Below, piece by piece: positions 56,068-64,000 of a stretch of 64,000 bases of DNA. The translations under genes and the position numbers were made by a program. How positions within the stretch are numbered: position 1 is the first letter of the stretch; each line of letters starts with the position of its first letter. This DNA is from Utricularia gibba (lineage: Eukaryota > Plantae > Magnoliophyta): positions 682,001 through 746,000 of the forward strand of contig NEEC01000019.1 in NCBI GenBank assembly GCA_002189035.1, given 5' to 3'. The notes beneath the pieces were generated by a model that searched no databases, was not told where the DNA came from, and worked only from the letters and a program-made list of their open reading frames with translations.

Positions 56068-58180
56068 TCAAGAATCAAATCAAAGAATGAAAACCCAGAA
56101 AAATAAGACACCCACAAAGAGAAACAAAAACCGTCACTCTGTTGCACTGAATAAGAGATCAAACTTTCTCCTCAACCGAAACTCTGCTCTACTTTCACAC
56201 AATTCTCTTCTTGAACAAAAAAAATCGAAGGGACGGATCCAGCCAACCGTCAATGGAGACGAAAAATGCGTAATCGCGTATCCTCAATCTCCAAATCTAC
56301 GAATTGGGAGGCCAAGGGAGAAAATCAATTCAAAATGGGGCTGTGTTTCTCAGTGTCGTCCTCCCTCTCTGGCTCAACTTTTGAAATTCAATTTTGTGGA
56401 TTTTTTGACGGTCAGATGAGAATCTATTGATTATCCAACGAGCCTAATGTATTTCATTAAATCAACGGTCTGAATTCATAGAAGGGTCACAGGTGCTCTA
56501 CCAGCCGTTGATCTCATGAAACCAAATCTGCTTTTTTTTTTAATATTTTATAATCTCACTGAATTTTAGGACAGGCGAGTGATTCCGACCTCATGACGCA
56601 ATGCAGGTTACGCTCCTCTGCCACCGGTCCAATGCACCACCCCCATGGACATTCTCCTCTATACATGTTGCTTCCGTTCGGTATCAACAAGAATCAGAAC
56701 CAAACCAAATTAAATATCAGTTAATTAATTCTTCACCAAATTCATTAATTTCGATTCTTAATCCATCTCAATTCGATTATTCAATTTCAAATAAGAATCG
56801 ATTATAAAATATTTATTTATATTTTAGATTTTATACATTAATAATCTAAAATCTCAATTGTATTTATTTTTTAGTATATGAATAATAAATTTATATTATT
56901 AATTTTAAATAATATATATTTATTCATAAAAATACAACATATTATATAATTAATATTATAAACATGATTTATATAAAAATAAAAAAAATAATCAATTCAA
57001 ATTCAAATAAATGATTTATAAGAATTCATATTCAAATTAGAACTATTTATAATAATTTACTATAACATTTTAGTCATACTCAAATCATTTAGGAGTCATT
57101 TGATAATATAGTATTAATATGTTTAAATATAGTATAATTGATTGTGTATATATATGATGGAGGGACAAATGGGTCGATGAAAATCGATTGGAGAAAAAAT
57201 TAAAAGATGTTCTGACAAATCGCTGTTGGTTGAAACCATGGTAACTGTCTCAACAATCTGAAAAATAGTCGAATTACAAGAATGAGAGCATAGTTGATGA
57301 TTACCTATTAGCGAGATTACAGTATGATTGGTTGGTTGGCACAAAAAGTAGGCAATTTGTGCATGATTTAGAATTCAATTAGGTTAACCTTTTCTATAAA
57401 TATAAGAAAACCTGAAAAAGAAAGTGTTGAACTTTTAACATTTCAACCTATGTCTCTTTCTCCTCCTTCGAAACAATTTTTTGGCGAGCTTCGATAATTT
57501 CGTGATTTTTCTGTCTTCCGACGATTTCCTCATAAAAACCCTTGTGTGTTCCCATTTCCATCAACCCCACCACATCATCCAAAACGATAATATCTAAATC
57601 GGATCCTACTCGTTCGACCTTATCCATAATCCAAAAATCGGTTTTTACCTTTGTGTCGGTTTTCAACTGCAACAATATATATATACAAGTAAATATAAAT
57701 ATGATATATATTATATACAACGATAATTGTATATGACGTTTGATATACAAGAATATAAATTTAAATATATGAATGATATACATATAATTAAACTCTTCTT
57801 CAGTTATATATATCATTTATATATTTAATGAGTATGTCAATAATATAGTCATATAAGTTTAATATACATATACTAATCAATTATATGTAAATTTAGATAT
57901 AAATCTTATATACTATCTTATCAAACACTCCCTTAATATCCATCCATTCCAATTTATTATTTTTTAAATGATTTCAATTCTAGTTAATTTTGCATAATAT
58001 CCCATTCATGAATATCCCTATTCTCATGCCATCCCTTGGTCTGAAAATGTTACGCCAAACGGTTTCCCTGAAGAAAGTTTTTCGTTAATGTTACAGCACC
58101 ACCGTGCCGCAAATTCGATACAATCGACGTTCCGGTGCGTTCGATGAGTACAAGACAATGGATGGTTTCACCAAACAGTC

Positions 58181-60065
58181 TCAAGAGAACTGAATGGAAA
58201 AGCCATCTTTGGTGGTGACGATCCTCGATGAGCCAAAATCTTCCAAGTCTGAATCAGAATCCAGATCCCTGGGGAAGTCCTCGTGCTGGTTGCCAGCATG
58301 TGCTGAGGGAATCCTCAACTTGGATAGAGGAACCGGCAGTGGCTCCTCCGTGAAGTACTTGTCCTCGAGCAACTCCGATGGAGAAGCTCTACATGTGGGG
58401 TTAAAAGGCAGCAGCTTCTCCACAATACGAACTTCGTCCGGCGATCGCCTCTGAAGGCGAGCTTCCAAACCGATCGGCTTTTCGACATTACCAAATGAGA
58501 TAATGTGGTAGTCGGGAAGTTGCTCACAACCAGGCCAAGATTCACTGTTCAGCTTCCCCAAGATGCTGAAGATTTGATTCAGCTGGTCGATGTCAGAGGT
58601 GCCGGGAAAGAGTGGTTCCAGGCTGAAAAGCTCCGCGAAAATGCACCCCACAGACCACAGATCAATTTCAAGGCCATAATTTGTGGAACCATAGAGTAGC
58701 TCAGGAGCTTTATACCACCGAGTTCCAACACACGAGGTAAGAGGGCAAGTCCCTTCAGCTCGAGCATCGTCGACTTCATAAGAATAAGGGGTCTGGAAAG
58801 GATCTTCGAGGTCACTGGTTGTGCATGTAGCAAGACAAGATACGGCTCCGTCGAGAGTTATGCTTTCATCATCAATATCACTGGGTAAGTTGCCACTTCT
58901 GAGGTTGTCTGGCTCCACAACAGTCTTTTCATTCCCCTGAAATTCGGGCTGATGAATTAACTCAGTATGTTGAGCTGAAACAATTTCATGATGTTGTCCA
59001 AATGCCTCTTCATTTGAAGGGGGTGGCTCAATAAACTGATTACATCCATGGCACTCGCTGAATCCAGGGGTCAACTGAATCCTTGCCTGAAACAGATTAT
59101 GCACTATTGACACAGCATGCTCAAAAAAGGCGTATTTACTTTTATGTGAAACCAAAACATCAACTCCAGAGAAAAATTAAGATAACTGCATGTAAAGGGA
59201 GTAAACAATGCAGCTCCAAAACCATGTGATACAAAATATGGTCATGTTCTCCTGCAGAGTTTTCAAAAATGTGCTTTTTTTTTTTTAACTTGTTGCGTGT
59301 TTCATTCCACATGATAGGCAAATCTGAACATCCAAAATGAGAGGAAAAATAGGCATGAAAAAGTATAGCAAGCAAGAAATTTTCAGGATCGTTTCAATTT
59401 CAGTGATGCATACATGAAAATTGTTCCTTCCGATCAAGAAAAGCTACTCCACAATTAAAAAGACCAAACTTTGTAGGAAGAGGCATCAATCCAAGCTATT
59501 AACATGAAGCCTAAATGAAGATATTAGCAAGAAGCATTCGTGAATCTAAACTGCAAAACCTTGCCTGCCCAAAATCTGCGATCTTGAGAACTCCATCCGC
59601 AGAAATCAGCAGATTCGACGGCTTCAGATCCCTATGAACAATGAAATTACGGTGGCACGCATCAGCCCCACGAAGAATCTGCAACATCCACTGCTTAATT
59701 TCTCCCACGCTAATCCCATTTTCCCATTCCTTCTTAGCAGCCTCGATCACCGCAGCCAAATCGGTGGGCAAGTATTCTAGCACCAACACCGCGTCGTCAT
59801 CCTCGCTCCAGAAAAATTCATGCAAAACAATGATATTGGGGCAGTTTTGAAGCGTTTGAAGGGCCTCGACCTCCCTGAAAGCCGATTGGTAATCGTGCAC
59901 TTCCTTAAGCGCGACGATGAGAGAATCGGAGAGTCGCCGGGCCTTGTAAACATCCGAATACGCCCCGAAACCCACGCGCTCCAAGATTTCATACTTGTCG
60001 ACGATCTCACGGCGGCCGTGGATGCTCCAGCTCTTCTGCCGCGGAGGCGAAGCCCTCTCCTCCAT
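58181..60065 (-). CDS. CDKF;1: Cyclin-dependent kinase F;1 (CAK-activating kinase), 2 exons
   Basis: KSWSIHGRREIVDKYEILERVG.GAYSDVY, HRDLKPSNLL, ADFGQAR, then a long insertion before LTSCVGTRWYKAPELLYGS. The insertion is diagnostic of CDKF. Confidence 0.95.
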
Positions 60066-60852
60066 GCTTCGATTTCACGCAGATAGGTAAAAATACAAAA
60101 AGAAATAGAAAGATTTTTTGTATGTAAAAATTGTGTGTCATTTCCATTTCCATGTATTATTATTTTTAAATTTGAGAAGATTACAATAACAACATTTCAA
60201 TTTTTATTCAATATAAATAATTTAATTCATAAATTTCAAAATCACAAAAAAAAATAATTAAATTTTATAAAATCATGCAACGAAAAATTAAACAATTTTT
60301 AAAATTTTTAAAAAATAAATCAATTTACGATATTGTGAATGATTTCTAATTTTAAACCTAACAAAATTTAATGTTGAAGATTTTCGTATTGTATTTGAAG
60401 TTCAACCAATCTAATAATTCTCATATTAGAATTATATCACATTTGTATTTCATATGATTCAAATTAATAATGATTATATCAAATTCATATTTTATATTAT
60501 TCAAATCGATGATAATTATATCATTTATTATATAGAATACCATTATAAGAAGGTTAACATCAAAATTGGTAAATTTTGATAATATAATGGATTAAATATG
60601 TAATTTTAAAATTTAAATGATAAATTATTTATAAAAAAACAAATAGAGATTTATGAGATAATTTTAAAGTATTAAATTATTAATATTGAGTGTCCTCCAC
60701 AATCTTACTTTTAAAATTTAATACGAAATTAATGCATTTCATTTTTTTATTATTTTTTTTCAGAACGAATTAGATTTTATTTTCTAAGACTGAAACTCTG
60801 ACGGACACGACAAAGAAAGCACGCCGAAGACCTCAACATGCATCGAATGGGT

Positions 60853-61923
60853 TCACTGAGGAAGCTTGTTGAGTTTGCAGTAGACATAGTCTTTGTATTT
60901 CTTGGTCTTGTACTTCGCCGGGTTTTTGTCGCCGACGAGTTTCGGAATGGGGCCGACGGACTGCTCCGCCGGGGGCTCAACGAACACCGGCCATGACATC
61001 CTCGTCTTCTCTTTGTTCACCGTGGTTCTATGGAGCACAGCCTTGTACTCTCCGTTGCTGAGTATCTGTGAACAAGGAAGAAATGCTTACAACCAGTGAA
61101 AAAGTGGTACTTATGATGACCGAGTGGCGGATACCTCAATCTGGTCTCCAATGTGAATTATGAGAGCATTTGGGATGTACTTAACATCATACCAGTTCCC
61201 ATCCCTGCAAACTTGGAGACCCTGCACGTGATTCGGCACCAGGATGGTTAAGCTCGACATGTCGGTGTGAGCCACCACTCCGAGGACGAGATCCGGCTGT
61301 GGGCACGGCGGATAGTAGTTTATCTTCATCAGAAAATTGGTCTGTTCCCCACCAACGCCGGTGGCTAGATCATCCTCTTCCAATCCCAGGCCTAGTGACA
61401 GCAGCCTCAGCAACTTGTCTGAAACTTGCTTCATTCTCTTAGCATACTCCTCATTCGCTACCCTGTAGGAGGATGGGTTTTGGGGCCAGTACTTGTAGTT
61501 GACAGCAGAAGGAGGCCAGATCATGTGAAACAGATGATCTACCCATCCCTTTTTGCCCTGTGTCTCCTTCTGCAGAGCTGTCCCATATCCCTCGATTCCT
61601 GATTCAGGGGTTTTCGCGATGGCCTCCTTCTCCGTTTCCGGCAAATCGAAGAACTCCTTCCCAACTCTTTGCAATTCCGAGATGAGTTCCCCGGGGACTC
61701 CATGGTTCACCACTTGGAACAATCCCCATTCCCTAGCAGCGCCGCTCACCTTCCCGATCAGTTCCTTCTCGTCGCAGCCCTCGTCCATTTCGATGACGGG
61801 CACCTCCAGGACGACCCCTTTCAAGGTAGTGGCCGCCGGCTGCTCGTCCCTCGGTCGTACGAACTCCGGCGGGATGACGCCCGCGTGCACCGACTGTACG
61901 GCTACGGATTGAACCCTCTCCAT
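60853..61923 (-). CDS. FLS: Flavonol synthase (2OG-Fe(II) dioxygenase), only 2 exons
   Basis: [76 protein letters not shown]; single 69-nt intron 61134-61066. Confidence 0.96.
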
Positions 61924-62452
61924 CGCCGCACTTCACACTAGAACACGCTTCACGGGAGTGCCCCAAAATTTATGAGCGATGAAATTGTTCACCGTCCGCA
62001 ACTACCCATTAACTACCCTCATTATTCCTCTCTCGCAATATAAAAAATAATAATAACAATAATAAATATGGCCAATATTTTAACATATATATCATGCAAT
62101 AATCAAATTTATATCAAAAGGTAATATCGGACAAACAACCATAAAAACATTAAGAGCAAAAATCATGTAGTTATAATTTATAATTACGTCGGTGTAATAC
62201 AACATTTTGTGGTATATAACGTTGGTTATTATTCTAATTAATTCAAATATATTATTAATTACGACACGTACTTAATTATGATTTCATAATGAAGTGACAG
62301 TATGACTATTTAGTTCATCCACCTAATTAAGAGTGAATTATACCGTAGTCAATCATTTCGAAAATTGATTTCTCCCACATGTTTCAATAAAAAATTTATA
62401 TATAGAGTAGTCATTTTTTTGATGTGTGGTGGAGCTCAAAATAGGCAAATGA

Positions 62453-62472
62453 CACGTGGAGTTGGGTAAGGA
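62453..62472 (-). promoter_or_regulatory. G-box/ACE adjacent to a MYB-recognition-like element upstream of FLS
   Basis: CACGTG (62453-62458) next to ccttacccaac on the minus strand, about 530 bp upstream of the FLS ATG. Resembles the ACE+MRE light-regulatory unit of flavonol genes. Confidence 0.45.
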
Positions 62473-64000
62473 GGAGGCTTACCAATTGTTAGATAGATAA
62501 ATAATGAAATCGGCTTATTACAAACTAAATCGATCCATATAAAGGCCTTTATGCTGTATTGAAAAGTTGTCCCAAAATAACATACCGGTAAGTGTCAAAA
62601 TTTGGCAGTACAAATTGAAAAGTAGTTAAATTACAATAATGTCAGAACAGTTGGTGTAATATTACCACAATACGATTGTCAGTCAGAAAGTAATCGACAT
62701 TTGACAAAAATCAGAATTAGATCGAATTCACCTTTTTCATAAATATAAGAAAACTTGAAAAATAAATGATTGAAATTTCTATATTACTGCTTATACCCCC
62801 TCCCACCCCCCATCTGTAACTAGAAAATCGGTCAAATCCCATAGAACCGATTTTCGACCCCAACACTTTGGCGTATATCTACTTTTCTAATTGATCATAA
62901 CGTTTTAGGGGAAATACATTAAGAAGAAAAGGAAGGTTAATAAATCATTAAGAAAGATGGATATCGACTTTTATTGATGGTTAAGTATAGGTTTGAAATA
63001 TTGAGTTTATTGTAATTTTTTATTATATTTATTATAAAATATTTAAAAAATCACTGTACATGATCATTTCCAATTTTAAATTTTTTTATTTTTTTAAAAA
63101 TTTTATTATATCAAACCTATCATTATACTACTGAAAGCTGCTTCTAACACCTTTTTTATTTCTTTTTGTTTTTTCAAGGCATGAGAATGTTCAAATATAA
63201 TTTACATGTCACCTTTATTCTTTTAGAATATGTTTTTAAAATTATAAAAAAAAAATTCCGCCCGTCTTTCAAAATTCTATATGCAATTAAATAAATTTAA
63301 TTTTCCAATTCATAGTACGAAAGATTACTTTTCAATCATGAAATTTTTTAAAAACTCATTTAAAATAAACTATTAAACAGTTCCTAAATTATACTAAATA
63401 TGATGAAAATAAATGTTTGAATTTCTAATTGAATTTAATGGGAAAATGATCGAGCTTTGGGAATATTCGTTTCTGAAAAAAGAAAAATTCAAATTTGGGA
63501 ACATTGATAGCTAAGAATAGGGGGGGCAGGGAGTGATATGAATAATTAAACAATTATTTTGAAGAATAATTATCTTAATGATACAAAATCAAAAACTCAT
63601 ATCTTTTGAAAATTTGTTTGGATAATAATCATTATTATTAATAAATATAAATTAAATTCATTGAAAATATGTATATAGATAAAATTATTTATACTATATT
63701 CATTTTTTATTTTTACAATTAATATACATATAAATAAAAAATATTTATACTGATCTTCGTGGTTGTATATTATTTACAAAAAATAATAAAAAATATTGTA
63801 TTATTTTGTTGATTCCATATTATCTAGAAAAAAATGAATCATTCCAAAAAAAATGAACTATTTGGATATAACAGAAATATTTGGGAAATAGGTTTTTCAA
63901 AAAGAAAAATAGGTTATTATTTTTTGAAAGAAATTAATTTAAAATGATATTATTATTTTTCATTATTATCCTTTATGCCGCAAATTATGATTCACTAAAA

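Noticed and set aside
57448-57630. Minus-strand frame DIIVLDDVVGLMEMGTHKGF resembling an ABC-transporter C-terminus
   Set aside because: Similarity is only a few residues, with no Walker or signature motifs and no splice context; likely chance.
57089-57935. Possible Tourist/PIF MITE (TTA flanks, ..TTTGATAA ends)
   Set aside because: Termini match only about 10/15 in very AT-rich DNA; cannot be supported without a genome search.

Overview
Gene-dense flowering-plant nuclear DNA, probably a eudicot with a compact genome (species cannot be determined from the sequence). It holds 18 recognisable protein-coding genes in 64 kb, with many short introns (about 65-110 nt) and very AT-rich spacers. In order: nsLTP, DUF599, group III WRKY, GH5 endo-beta-mannanase, NSI/SNAT1 acetyltransferase, QUAKING-like KH protein, RING-TM E3 ligase, PILS6, a CML, LAMP1/AMP1-like carboxypeptidase, DAP epimerase, cytosolic NADP-malic enzyme, STT3A, DREB-A4, a P-class PPR, TCX/CPP, CDKF;1 and flavonol synthase. 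The main feature the ORF track misses is a polycistronic snoRNA cluster on the minus strand at about 50.3-51.4 kb. It has five box C/D snoRNAs carrying seven guides that I can pair by eye to conserved 18S/25S rRNA, one or two H/ACA candidates, and a site II + telo-box + TATA promoter. Spacers carry a Mutator-like element and two hAT-type MITEs with target-site duplications. Five otherwise intact genes carry seven small deletions, mostly in homopolymers, which points to long-read consensus errors rather than real pseudogenes. Gene names and rRNA numbering come from my recall of homologues, not from database searches.
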